Position numbers and translations under genes: made by a program. Below, piece by piece: positions 1 through 10,663 of a stretch of DNA of 64,000 nt (the first letter of the stretch is position 1; every line of letters begins with the position of its first letter). The notes beneath the pieces are model-generated. The model did no database searches and was not told the origin of the DNA. It saw only the letters and a list, made by a program, of their open reading frames with translations. This DNA comes from Phallusia mammillata (lineage: Eukaryota). Where the stretch lies: the NCBI GenBank assembly GCA_965637545.1, contig OZ281500.1, forward strand, positions 12,276,001 to 12,340,000. Direction: 5' to 3'.

Positions 1-117
1 AATCTTCACGTTCAACCAACACGTACTTTTTGAGATTAACTTTTCGTCACGCCCTCTTGTTTTGCGCGGGTGTGTGGCAGTGAAACAACTTGTAATACAA
101 AGTGCATCTTTCCACAG

Positions 118-633
118 CTCCAGGTGTTGAACAAGTATTGCGACAGGGCGAGGTGCCTATTATTGGACACGAGTTATGTCAAACAAAGTTCTTGTCTGAT
201 TACAACTTGCATGATTCCATGATTTGTGCTGGAGCCACTGGAGCAAATACATGTCGGGTAAAACATGGATTATATCGTCATATTCTTTTAATTACTATAC
301 TACTATTTTAAAAAAACTTCTTGCAAACAAATATCTGCAAATTTTCTTCAAACCATCAGCTTGTTATAACTGGAAAAAGAGGCTGTAATTTGTATTGCAA
401 TGTTTTACATTGTAAGCATTTTTTGTCAGTTAAGAGGTAAAACATTGTTTTTAAAACAGGGTGACTCTGGTGGTCCTCTTGTGTGCAAAAGAGACGATAA
501 AACTTACCTTATTGGAATTACGAGCTGGGGCGACACCAAGTGTAAAGGAGACATTCCTGGTGTTTACACAAGAGTGCAAAGTTACATGGACTGGATAGAA
601 AAAATTATTAATTCGGAGCAATGTCAGCCTTAA
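118..633 (+). CDS. S1 (chymotrypsin/trypsin-fold) serine protease, last two exons only (118-257, 460-633); 5' part lies outside the window
   Basis: Exons bounded by AG/GT join to ...[16 protein letters not shown]|GDSGGPLVC...[32 protein letters not shown]: catalytic GDSGGP, SWG and PGVYT motifs of S1 peptidases. Confidence 0.9.
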
Positions 634-1138
634 ACTATGCACATACTGCTTGTACGTGGATAATAGACTTGTACATCAAAAAACAGTAATTTGTTATTTG
701 TTATTTTATCATATTGATATTTCGTTAATCGTTTCAAAAATTAATCATTTAAATCAAATGAGTACAAATCCACAGCCAAACTCAGTCATAAAGCAGTTGT
801 TTGGCAGAAAGTGTCATGTTCAAAAAGGTTACCTTTGCGGTCGATCGTTTACGTTCCTGTTTCTTTCTATTTATTGGCTGCTAAACGTTCATAAACATGT
901 CATCGCATTTTTTGTCGTTTATTTTATGCGTTTGCAAATACAAGTGCCTTTCTTGTCACTGGTTTACATTTTTTCAAACCGTTTGAAATGTTTAGCCGTC
1001 ATACTTCAAATTCGATGAAAACGTCACTGTTTTCGGCCACATTGACTATCTTTAATTTTCAACGGGATGTCGTATTATTTTTGGAAAAAAACACTTGTTT
1101 TTTAATGCAGAAGCATTGGACTTTTTAGGCAAAGTATG

Positions 1139-1966
1139 TGTAACGTCCCGTGAACGCGCCCCGGTTATAGCGCGGAACGTCACACGAGGAGAGAATTGAA
1201 ACGCGATTCCTAATAGCCTCCAACAACCAGTCCACACAGATAGATGTTTTGCTGATCTTATTAGGCGAATTTATTGAATGTAGGACGATGAAAACGAATA
1301 GGAAACGTATAGGAAACGGTTTCTGCATAAAGCATGACATTAACACACTGCGCTTTAAATGCAGAAATATAGCACAAATCTTACCAACTGTTGTGGTAAC
1401 CGGAGAGAGTAAATAGCACGGGTATTCAACTCGCATCAATTACTGGTACACACCTAAACGTACAATAACATATATCACCACACTGCGCCTTTATGACGTC
1501 ACACACAGTTCTTACCAAGCTATGTTGGGCGACAGTACAGAATAAGTCACGCTTCACGTGAAGATAAAACAGAAATACTGCGTAAACAAAATGCAACTTA
1601 AGCACCTTGTCTAAACCCAATTACACGTACAGTACAACTATTACAAAGCGAATGACATATTAGGTCATTGCGGTTAAGATTACATTCATTACAATAATTC
1701 ACATTTTGGAGTCATTAAACACATATGTGCAAAGTGACTCACCAATAATCGTCAACACGACAATAAATAGCCTTTTCTAATTCAACCGACGCAGCACCGT
1801 GCTCCACGGAAGTCAGCAACGAAAAGAACTGAACCACGTTGCGTTATCACACAAAACTGGCAGCCGATTATTACGTCACACAACGCCATAGATTACAACA
1901 CAAGTTGTACTGAGGAAATGCGGGAATCAATAGAAATCTGCAATTACTGGCAAATAAGATGTAACA
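1139..1966 (-). repeat. 3' LTR (828 bp, intact)
   Basis: Near-identical to 8111-8430 plus 10199-10663; by-eye comparison gives roughly 8 substitutions and 3 small indels. Confidence 0.93.
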
Positions 1967-1977
1967 TGCCCCCCCAC
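1967..1977 (-). other. Polypurine tract (plus-strand primer) of the retrotransposon
   Basis: Minus strand reads GTGGGGGGGCA immediately before the TGTTACA start of the 3' LTR. Confidence 0.8.
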
Positions 1978-2055
1978 AATGTACGAATCCAAGGAGTACA
2001 TTTACAACACAACACACAAACATCGGCAGTAATTGCGAACACAAAAAGAACACAA

Positions 2056-5000
2056 CTAATCACGCATCGCGTCGTCGTGGCATAGCAAGCACAATTTTGC
2101 AATTGGGCGTCTGAGTGATCCAGTGTGAGTCTTGACGATCACCTGACGCACTACTCCCTTCCGATCAGGAAGCACATCGGTCACGCGACCCAGAAGCCAT
2201 TTGCTCCTAGGCTGATTATCATCCGCTACAAGCACAATGTCGCCGACCGTGAAATTAGAATGTCCATTTGCCCACTTCGATCTGGGCATTAGCGTCGGCA
2301 GGTACTCGCGCGACCATCGCCGCCAAAATTGGTCGGCCAAGTATTGTACTTGGCGCCAACGGTTACGATGGAAACAGTCCTTCCCCGTAAACAGTCCAGG
2401 GGACATATTCGGCGCTGCACGTTGCAGCAGTAGGTGATTTGGTGTAAGGGGCTCCTCATCCTTCGAATCGAACGTCACCGGAACCAAGGGACGAGAGTTC
2501 AGGATGGCCTCGACCTCCACCATCAGCGTCATCAATTTCTCATCGGACAATGTCTGCTCCGAAAGCAGAGCGTTGAGAATTTTGCGCACAGAGCGTATCA
2601 TTCGCTCCCAAACCCCACCCATGTGGCTGGCAGTGGGAGGATTGAAGCTCCACGCAATATCACGTTGTTGCAGATATTTGTAGATTTGCCTTTGATTCCA
2701 CCTGTTCAGCTCTTCGCGCAGGATGCGCTCAGCTCCAACGAAGTTTGTGCCGTTGTCGCTGTAGATCTGGTCTGGCCGTCCTCGACGACCGATAAAACGT
2801 CGGAGAGCTCCAATAAAGGAGTCCGTAGACAGTGAATGCGCAATCTCAATGTGCGCGGCCCTGGTGGAAAAACAGGTAAAGATGCACCCGTACCTCTTTA
2901 CCTCACTTCGTCCTTGCTTCACAAGGAAAGGTCCAAAGTAGTCGACACCGACCACCGAGAACGGCGGCTTATTGGCCTGCAGTCTCGCAGCAGGAAGGTC
3001 TGCCATCATCTGTTTGCCCAGGGAGCCATTTCTTCGGCGACAGGAAACACACTGTCCAAGAACACGCCGAACTGCTACCCCTCCTTTGATGATCCAGTAG
3101 CGTTGCCTGAGAGACGACCACGTGTGACCCATTCCAGCATGGCCAACCTCGTCATGCTGCTGCATAATCACCAGGTCTGTAAATCGATGGTCGTATGGAA
3201 GAATCATCGGATGCTTCACATCAAACTCGACACATGCACGCTCGAGCCTTCCACCAACTCTCATAACTCCATCGACAAGAATTGGGTTGAGCTTTCCAAG
3301 AGCCCTCTTTTTCTTTGGAAAACGAATGTCTTCTCCTTTGGCCTTCAACATCGCAGCGATAACGTCCGGAAAACTTCGTTTTTGTACATACTTAACGATC
3401 TCAAGCTCGGCAGCCTTTAGTTCAACAACGGTCAGTTGCCCAGTAGGTACTTTATACTTGGCAGGAAACCTCCTTGACATCAACATCGATTTGAGTCTGA
3501 GAAACCAGCTTACAGCCCTTTTCAGCCGATTGAGTGATGAGTATCTGGCAATGAGTCGATCCGTAGCGGATTCGCTGGCGACCAGACAAACGGTTTGAGT
3601 TTCTTTCTTTACCAAAAGAAATTCGATTGGCAATGACGACAAGTCTGGGCAGGAAGGCCATGTATCTTCTTGCTCCCAAAGAAACTGGGGTCCAGTAAGC
3701 CATCGGCTGGACCTGAGGAATTTATTCACACTGAGTCCACGGGACGCCTCGTCCGCTGGATTTACCTTGGTGCTGACGTGTCTCCATTGACTAGGCCGGG
3801 AAACATCCTCGATTTTGGCCAAGCGATTTGCAACAAACACTGGAAAGCGCTTATTGCAGTTGCGAATACTTTGAAGAACCGCAGTCGAATCCGTCCAGAA
3901 CACGGATTGGCATTCGTCCAGTTGCAGCTCCTTTCTCACAAGTTGATCCAACTTGGCTGCAACAACGGCCGCCGTCAACTCCAAGCGGGGAATCGAATAT
4001 GTCTTCAGGGGGGCAACGCGAGCCTTGCCTATTACAAACGAGCAGTAAATGCGTCCTCGCTCGTCTACCAGCCTCAGATAGGTCACCGCGCCGTAAGCTG
4101 TAGATGACGCATCTGCAAAATGGTGCAATTCCGTTTTTCGCACCTTACCAAAATCGTGGGGCTTCACACATCTTGGCAGAACGACGTCTCCTAACCGTGG
4201 TAGTTGCTGCAACCATTTTGCCCACATTTCGGAGTCTTCATCGGAAAGCACGTCGTCCCATCCCAGCTGCTTTCTGCAGAGATCTCTTTGCATCGTCTTG
4301 GCCACCACGATCACAGGCGCTGCGAAGCCAAGAGGATCGTATAAGGAACTTACCACGGACAGGATTGACCTTCTGGTGTATGCTGTAGGCTGCTTTACAT
4401 CGACATTGAAACCGAACTCGTCCGACGAAACGTTCCATCGAACGCCAAGTACTCTCTCGCACGAGGAACCATCCACGTTCAGCTCCTTCACCGATTTAGC
4501 CCGTTCCTCTTCATCAATGGACGCGAGAACTCGCTCGCTGTTGCTAAGCCACTTGGTTAGCCGAAATCCCTTCCTCTTGAGAAGTGCACAAATACCCTTG
4601 ACCAACTGAACTGCTTCTGCTTCAGTCGACACGGATTTTAAACAGTCGTCAACGTAGAAATTCTTTTCTACCGTCTCGACGATTTCATTTGGAAATTCGC
4701 TTCGCAAATCATCAGCGGCTTGTTTAAGACAAAAACTCGCACAAGAAGGGGAAGAAGTCGCTCCAAACAAATGAACAAGCATCCTGTGTGATGTGGGCTT
4801 CTTCGACACATCGCCATCAGGCCACCATAAGAACCGAAGTGCATCGCAATCTGTCGGCTTCACACGTATCTGATGAAACATGGCCTCCACGTCGGCCACA
4901 AGAGCTACCTTTTCCATTCGGAACCTTGAAAGAACTCCTACTAACGAATTGGTTAGATCCGGACCCTGGAGTAAAGCATCATTCAACGACTGGTCGCGGT

Positions 5001-7941
5001 ATTTGGCAGCACAGTCAAAAACTACCCGTACTTTCCCGGGCTTGTGTGGATTTGTAACAGGGTGATGCGGCAGGTACCATACTACCTCTGCAGACTGTTT
5101 CTCATCTGGAACTTCTTCGGCATAGCCCTTAGCTATGTAACCCTGTACCGTCTTTGTATACGCATCGCGTAGCACGGCGTCGCGTCTCATGCGACGTTCC
5201 AAAGAACCCAAACGATTTAGCGCCATGTCCCGGTTGCACCGAAGCGGTTGTGCGTTCGGGCGCCATGGCAACGGCAACTCATAATGACCTTGCTTGAATT
5301 GCACACTGGTTTTCATTTTATCTAAGACGTACCGGTCTTCACGCGACATAGGCATCGCGTCGGCGTTAGTATCTTGAAAGTCGGTCTTCCACATTCGCTC
5401 TAACTTCTCGTGCAGCGAATCATTGGCAACTTGAGTAAAGTTGACGGAAAACAAATCAGTTGACTTGTTAGAGACAGGTCCTGCCAATGCCCATCCCAGT
5501 GGAACTCTAAATGCAACAGGTTGCTTCGGTTTTCCCTTTCGTACCTCTTGCACGAGAAAGGCCTCTGGAACGTCCAGCCCGATGAGCAGCAAAGCTTCAC
5601 TGCAATCTACCTGTGGGAATGACAGGTCTCTGATATGTGGAAGCGCATCTAATTCCGCGTTTCTCGGAAACTTGTTGGCGGTAATAGGCAGACAATCAAC
5701 AGCGAACACCTCGGGGAGTTCAACAGTTGTGGAGCCATCAAGCGAAGCAACAGATAAATTTACTCTTTTGCCCTCGCGCCTGCGACTGTCTCCGTTGACC
5801 GTTTTAAGCGTCACGTTGCTCGCTTCACCTCGTAGACCAAGCTTGTCTGTCAGTTTTTTGTCGCACAAAGTAATGCCCGAGCCAGTATCTAAAAGAGCGT
5901 AAGTATCAACAGTCCTACCGTTAGCACGGACTTTGACCGCAACCATCATCAAGTTGACGCTCTGTCTACCAGAGGAAGCATGACAGTCCTTTCCAATCGC
6001 CGACACAACCGAACAAACTGTCCGTTCCGGCGCAGGTCCTTTGACAGGAGACTCGTCCTCTCTCTTCTCTGGCGGATGCAATAAGGTGTGATGGGCTTCA
6101 TTGCAGTCCCTGACGGTACACGCTTTGGGGCTGTTGCACTTAGTAGCAAAGTGCCCAAATCTGAAACAATTATCACAGAGTCTGCGGCGCCGGGTGACGC
6201 GCAGACGATCACGGTAACACCGGGATTTAAATTCCTCGCATTTAGCAAGCACGTGATTTCCCGAACAGCACTGACAGAGCGGGGCAGTGGGAAAATGAGA
6301 AGGTCCGGCACGAGCCTTAGGTCTAGATTCTTGTTCGCTTACAACAACATGACTGGAAGCCTTTACATGACTACTTTTACCTTTCGCCTTCTTAGCTTCG
6401 TTGCGATGCTCATCGAGCATGCGGCTGAACAACGAATTTGCAATCCGATCCTCAGTTTCCACAAAGTCCACAAGATGCTCAAACAAAGGTTCACGGCCAG
6501 TATCTCTGAGAATTTTCTCAACACGCCGTTTCCAAGCCTCTTGCATCTTGAACGGTAGACGATTCACAACAGCAATCAACGTAGGGTAATTATTCATCTC
6601 GGAATGCTCGTCAATGTCTGAAAGTGTAAGTAAACAATCGCGCAGCGACTGCGCAAGCTCGCTTAAACCAGCAGCATCGTTCGGTCGCAATTCTGGACCG
6701 TTGACAACACACCTTACACACGCATGAGCGATTATATGTGACTTGCCAAAGTGGTCGTACAGTAACTGCCTCGCTTGTTGGTACCCGTTTTCCTTTAGTC
6801 TAAAGCAGTGTTCAATCAATTTACGGGCCTTGCCATCACAATGCTGCGCCAAATACGACAATTTGGCACCATCGTCGTCGACCTTGTCGTCGATACGAGA
6901 ATCAAAATTGCGGACAAACTTCCAATAGTCCATTGGATTGCCATCAAAAACGAGAACTTTAGGCTTCGGTCTGTTTATGTGCTTTACAAGTGATGCAATC
7001 TCATTGTCATGCACGCCAGTTGGCTTGACTGAATCATATGTACAAATACTATTTACAATTGGGTTTGTTGCTGTGAACGAACCTCTTTCGTCAAACGAAG
7101 ATTTAATTTTGGGCGCATATTGGGACAGGGGCTCTGACGGAGCAACATAGTCAACCACATACCGCTGATCAGGAGGGTTTCGCTGCGACGTGACAGGCGG
7201 TGACGTGAACAATACGCGGCGTTGATCCCCGAGCGGCTCCTCCAGGGGAGGCGTGGTCGATTCACCAGAACCTTCCTTCACCGTCACGTACTCCGTGTTT
7301 CCTGACATCTCATCCCAAACCTTCTCCTCGACCTCTGCGGCTTGTAGCTGGTGCTGCAGTTCTAGCATTTCCATGCTGTCCTTTTGGCGCTGTTCTTCTT
7401 CAGCACGACGGATTTCTTCTTCTGCACGACAAATCTCTTCCTCGGCACGTCGCCTTTTCATTTCTTGCTGCTGTCTGGCCAGCTCCTGCTTCTGCGCAGT
7501 CTGCTGAATGGCAAGACGCGCGAGCTGTGTCGTTACTTTAACTCTAGTTCTACTATTAGTCGAAGAACTAGAGCGCCTACTTCGTCCGCAGAACGAGTCG
7601 TTGTCCTTTGGACTCTTATCACCGCTTCCACTCGGACTAGCTATGTTAACAGGTAAAACACTGGTAGATGGAGAATTTACCTCAAGAACCCAGTGAGAGA
7701 CTCGGTCATTGAATTCGGCCTTGTTTTTCCTTATGCTTGCTAGTTCGTCGGCAAGATCGGGATGCGCCTCGTAGGCAGCAACAGCATCGATAAAAAGATG
7801 TTCAAGCGCAACCAAAACCGTCTCGAGCACCTGCTTGTTGCGGTGGTCCTTCATCAGACACTCGGCGACTAGGTATTGTTCACTTAGGCGTCGACGACAA
7901 TCAGCGACCGCTTCAGGAGTTGTGACGTTAGGTTGGCTCAT
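2056..7941 (-). CDS. BEL/Pao gag-pol polyprotein (1961 aa, uninterrupted)
   Basis: Gag Zn knuckles (CQCCSGNHVLAKC, CDNCFRFGHFATKC, CTVRDCNEAHHTLLH), aspartic protease ALLDTGS, RT (YLPHHPV, KVRVVFDCAAK, ADVEAMFHQI, YVDD), Pao RNase H (HHFADASSTAYGAVTYLR), integrase (GVDYFGP, SDNGTNF, GGVWER). Domain order PR-RT-RH-IN fits BEL/Pao. Confidence 0.97.
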   Translation of the reverse strand: MSQPNVTTPEAVADCRRRLSEQYLVAECLMKDHRNKQVLETVLVALEHLFIDAVAAYEAHPDLADELASIRKNKAEFNDRVSHWVLEVNSPSTSVLPVNIASPSGSGDKSPKDNDSFCGRSRRSSSSTNSRTRVKVTTQLARLAIQQTAQKQELARQQQEMKRRRAEEEICRAEEEIRRAEEEQRQKDSMEMLELQHQLQAAEVEEKVWDEMSGNTEYVTVKEGSGESTTPPLEEPLGDQRRVLFTSPPVTSQRNPPDQRYVVDYVAPSEPLSQYAPKIKSSFDERGSFTATNPIVNSICTYDSVKPTGVHDNEIASLVKHINRPKPKVLVFDGNPMDYWKFVRNFDSRIDDKVDDDGAKLSYLAQHCDGKARKLIEHCFRLKENGYQQARQLLYDHFGKSHIIAHACVRCVVNGPELRPNDAAGLSELAQSLRDCLLTLSDIDEHSEMNNYPTLIAVVNRLPFKMQEAWKRRVEKILRDTGREPLFEHLVDFVETEDRIANSLFSRMLDEHRNEAKKAKGKSSHVKASSHVVVSEQESRPKARAGPSHFPTAPLCQCCSGNHVLAKCEEFKSRCYRDRLRVTRRRRLCDNCFRFGHFATKCNSPKACTVRDCNEAHHTLLHPPEKREDESPVKGPAPERTVCSVVSAIGKDCHASSGRQSVNLMMVAVKVRANGRTVDTYALLDTGSGITLCDKKLTDKLGLRGEASNVTLKTVNGDSRRREGKRVNLSVASLDGSTTVELPEVFAVDCLPITANKFPRNAELDALPHIRDLSFPQVDCSEALLLIGLDVPEAFLVQEVRKGKPKQPVAFRVPLGWALAGPVSNKSTDLFSVNFTQVANDSLHEKLERMWKTDFQDTNADAMPMSREDRYVLDKMKTSVQFKQGHYELPLPWRPNAQPLRCNRDMALNRLGSLERRMRRDAVLRDAYTKTVQGYIAKGYAEEVPDEKQSAEVVWYLPHHPVTNPHKPGKVRVVFDCAAKYRDQSLNDALLQGPDLTNSLVGVLSRFRMEKVALVADVEAMFHQIRVKPTDCDALRFLWWPDGDVSKKPTSHRMLVHLFGATSSPSCASFCLKQAADDLRSEFPNEIVETVEKNFYVDDCLKSVSTEAEAVQLVKGICALLKRKGFRLTKWLSNSERVLASIDEEERAKSVKELNVDGSSCERVLGVRWNVSSDEFGFNVDVKQPTAYTRRSILSVVSSLYDPLGFAAPVIVVAKTMQRDLCRKQLGWDDVLSDEDSEMWAKWLQQLPRLGDVVLPRCVKPHDFGKVRKTELHHFADASSTAYGAVTYLRLVDERGRIYCSFVIGKARVAPLKTYSIPRLELTAAVVAAKLDQLVRKELQLDECQSVFWTDSTAVLQSIRNCNKRFPVFVANRLAKIEDVSRPSQWRHVSTKVNPADEASRGLSVNKFLRSSRWLTGPQFLWEQEDTWPSCPDLSSLPIEFLLVKKETQTVCLVASESATDRLIARYSSLNRLKRAVSWFLRLKSMLMSRRFPAKYKVPTGQLTVVELKAAELEIVKYVQKRSFPDVIAAMLKAKGEDIRFPKKKRALGKLNPILVDGVMRVGGRLERACVEFDVKHPMILPYDHRFTDLVIMQQHDEVGHAGMGHTWSSLRQRYWIIKGGVAVRRVLGQCVSCRRRNGSLGKQMMADLPAARLQANKPPFSVVGVDYFGPFLVKQGRSEVKRYGCIFTCFSTRAAHIEIAHSLSTDSFIGALRRFIGRRGRPDQIYSDNGTNFVGAERILREELNRWNQRQIYKYLQQRDIAWSFNPPTASHMGGVWERMIRSVRKILNALLSEQTLSDEKLMTLMVEVEAILNSRPLVPVTFDSKDEEPLTPNHLLLQRAAPNMSPGLFTGKDCFHRNRWRQVQYLADQFWRRWSREYLPTLMPRSKWANGHSNFTVGDIVLVADDNQPRSKWLLGRVTDVLPDRKGVVRQVIVKTHTGSLRRPIAKLCLLCHDDAMRD

Positions 7942-8110
7942 CCTGGACCGCTTAAATATTTAACAAACGGTAAAACTTGTCTTCAACACACAGTTGAAGC
8001 TTGTTGTAAGAAGCAGTTGAAACTTGATTTCAACTGCAGATTGTGTTCAACACCCAGTTGAAATTGATTTCAACTGGAATTTTCTGTTCAACGAACAGTT
8101 GAAACTTTCA

Positions 8111-8430
8111 TGTAACGTCCTGTGAACGCGCCCCGGTTATAGCGCGGAACGTCACACGAGGAGAGAATTGAAACGCGATTCCTAATAGCCTCCAACAACC
8201 AGTCCACACAGATAGATGTTTTGCTGATCTTATTAGGCGAATTCTTTGAATGTAGGACGATGAAAACGAATAGGAAACGGTTTCTGCATAAAGCATGACA
8301 TTAACACACTGCGCTTTAAATGCAGAAATATAGCACAAATCTTACTAACTGTTGTGGTAACCGGAGAGAGTAAATAGCACGGGTATTCAACTCGCATCAA
8401 TTACTGGTACACACCTAAACGTACAATAAC
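8111..8430 (-). repeat. 5' LTR, segment adjacent to the internal region
   Basis: Matches 1139-1469; stops abruptly at ...GTACAATAAC where foreign sequence begins. Confidence 0.92.
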
Positions 8431-10198
8431 CACTGATCTCTATAAACACTGGATTGCGCTACTCCGTTGAACGGTTGGGTGATTTTTGAAGCAAATTGAA
8501 GCGTAATGGCGGCTGAAAAGGAAGCCCCAAAAATGCATTGCGGGCAATGGGGAGAGAGTGGAAAAATGACGATAATTTTTATTTTAGGCATTTGCATAGC
8601 GATTTTTGCAGATATGATTTGTAGATTAATAGGACGCATGTATTCCAGTGTGTAATAACCAATAAATATGCGTAGATTGATTGTGATGTGTATTAGTGTA
8701 GGTGTGCTGGGAATACATTATTCAGTTAATGTTGAAATAAATCTGTATTAAGTGGTACTAAATGTTTTATTGTGCAATATAAGTAGTTTACATGCATTTA
8801 TTAATATTTAAGACACAAATCCAACAAGAATGGCTATTTTCTTCACACAAGACGATGTGATACTTTATTTAGCATCATCTTGTGCTGATCCAAACTGCTG
8901 TTTTTGATTGTCAGCAAAGTCTTGGAGCTAAAATATGGCTGTTTAAAAGTTTTTTGTAGTAACATTATTTTCCTTCTATGTTACAAACCATAAATCTAGT
9001 AATCTCACAATTAGCTCATTTAATCTACCCTTTTTCTGTTTGCAACCAACATGTGTTGAATAAATTTTTCCAAAGTTGTGAATTCTCAAACTAAAACTCT
9101 TAATAAAAATCTCATATCTCAAAGAGATACATGTGCATATAAATGCATTTAAGACATCATAGCAGTTAGGGTGGATGAGTTTAACTACCCAAATGAGTTG
9201 CCTATTTATGTACTATTTCAGTCAAAATCATGAAATATTGTTTTTATTCTACTTAATAAGCAATTTTCTGCAAAAACACACCTGTACAAAAAACACCAGC
9301 CAAGTTTATACAGATATCCTGTATTTTTTGTCAGATGATCACCATTATAACAGATGGTGCATTCACAAAATAAAAAAACAACAACCTCAAAGTTGTTTAA
9401 GTTTAAAATGTGCAGCATATCATGTTACAGGCAGTGTCAGAAATGATTACAAAACATACACAGTGGAAGTAGAACAGTATACACACAAAAAATATTTAAT
9501 CTGATTCCAATCCCTCTGTAGTGTATTTGTTGTCGAAAAAGGCTGGATTGTAATCTGGCAGTGTTATAAAGCTTGAGGGTTTGGGAGGAGACTGAAACAT
9601 TCCAGTGGAATTTTACCAGAGACAATAAAGGTTGCTTATTGAAGAAATATAAACCCTATTATGTCTGAAATGTTTGGAAACAATTTTATCATAAATGTAA
9701 AATGGAATTGCAAAATTTCATAATATCACCATGGCAAGATAATAAAGACCAAAACCAAATGCACTCAATCGAGAAAAAAAGTCAAAAAGTGTTAAAATAG
9801 TTGAAATATTATTTTAGTTTTTTGTGATTTTAATTAAAACGTTATTCCACATGTTGGTCACAATTTCCTGAAGTTTGATAACAGTCAAAAACAACAGTTT
9901 GGAATAGCACAAGGTAATGTCACACAAAGAATTACATCATCTTGTGTGAAGGAAGTAGCCATCTTGTTGGATTCATGTCTAAAATACCTTAAAAAGCACG
10001 CAAACCACTTATATTGCATAATAAAACATTTATTTCCACTTAGTAATGATTTATTTCAACACTAACTTAATAACGTATATCCAGCACACCTACACTAATA
10101 CACATCACAGTCAATCTACGCATATTTATAGGTTATTACACACTGGAATACATGCGTCCTATTAATCTACAAATCATATCTGCAATATTTCACACACA
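8431..10198. mobile_element. Non-autonomous foldback/long-inverted-repeat DNA element inserted in the 5' LTR
   Basis: Imperfect inverted repeats of ~260 bp (about 8606-8870 vs 9925-10185); no convincing ORF; 8431-8605 (starts CACTGATCTC) has no right-hand partner, and ~31 bp of LTR are missing at the right junction. Confidence 0.75.
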
Positions 10199-10663
10199 AC
10201 ACACAGTACTAACCAAGCTATGTTGGCGACAGTACAGAATAAGTCACGCTTCACGTGAAGATAAAACAGAAATACTGCGTAAACAAAATGCAACTTAAGC
10301 ACCTTGTCTAAACCCAATTACACGTACAGTACAACTATTACAAAGCGAATGACATATTAGGTCATTGCGGTTAAGATTACATTCATTACAATAATTCACA
10401 TTTTGGAGTCATTAAACACATATGTGCAAAGTGACTCACCAATAATCGTCAACACGACAATAAATAGCCTTTTCTAATTCAATCGACGCAGCACCGTGCT
10501 CCACGGAAGTCAGCAACGAAAAGGACTGAACCACGTTGCGTTATCACACAAAACTGGCAGCCGATTATTACGTCACACAACGCCATAGATTACAACACAA
10601 GTTGTACTGAGGAAATGCGGGAATCAATAGAAATCTGCAATTACTGGCAAATAAGATGTAACA
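10199..10663 (-). repeat. 5' LTR, outer segment
   Basis: Matches 1501-1966; ends TGTAACA followed by the TSD copy GTGTG. Confidence 0.92.

Larger units (their letters stand above)
1139..10663 (-). mobile_element. Full-length BEL/Pao LTR retrotransposon with nested insertion in its 5' LTR
   Basis: Two LTRs (on + strand TGTAAC...TGTAACA, i.e. TG...CA termini), polypurine tract next to the 3' LTR, single gag-pol ORF, flanking 5-bp direct repeat GTATG (1134-1138) / GTGTG (10664-10668), 4/5 match. Confidence 0.95.

Noticed and set aside
2237-7696. Many plus-strand ORFs of 60-190 aa
   Set aside because: They are antisense shadows of the gag-pol ORF with no recognisable motifs.
7975-8110. Repeat cluster as a CRISPR-like array
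   Set aside because: Eukaryotic retrotransposon leader; no constant repeat/unique spacer periodicity and no cas genes.
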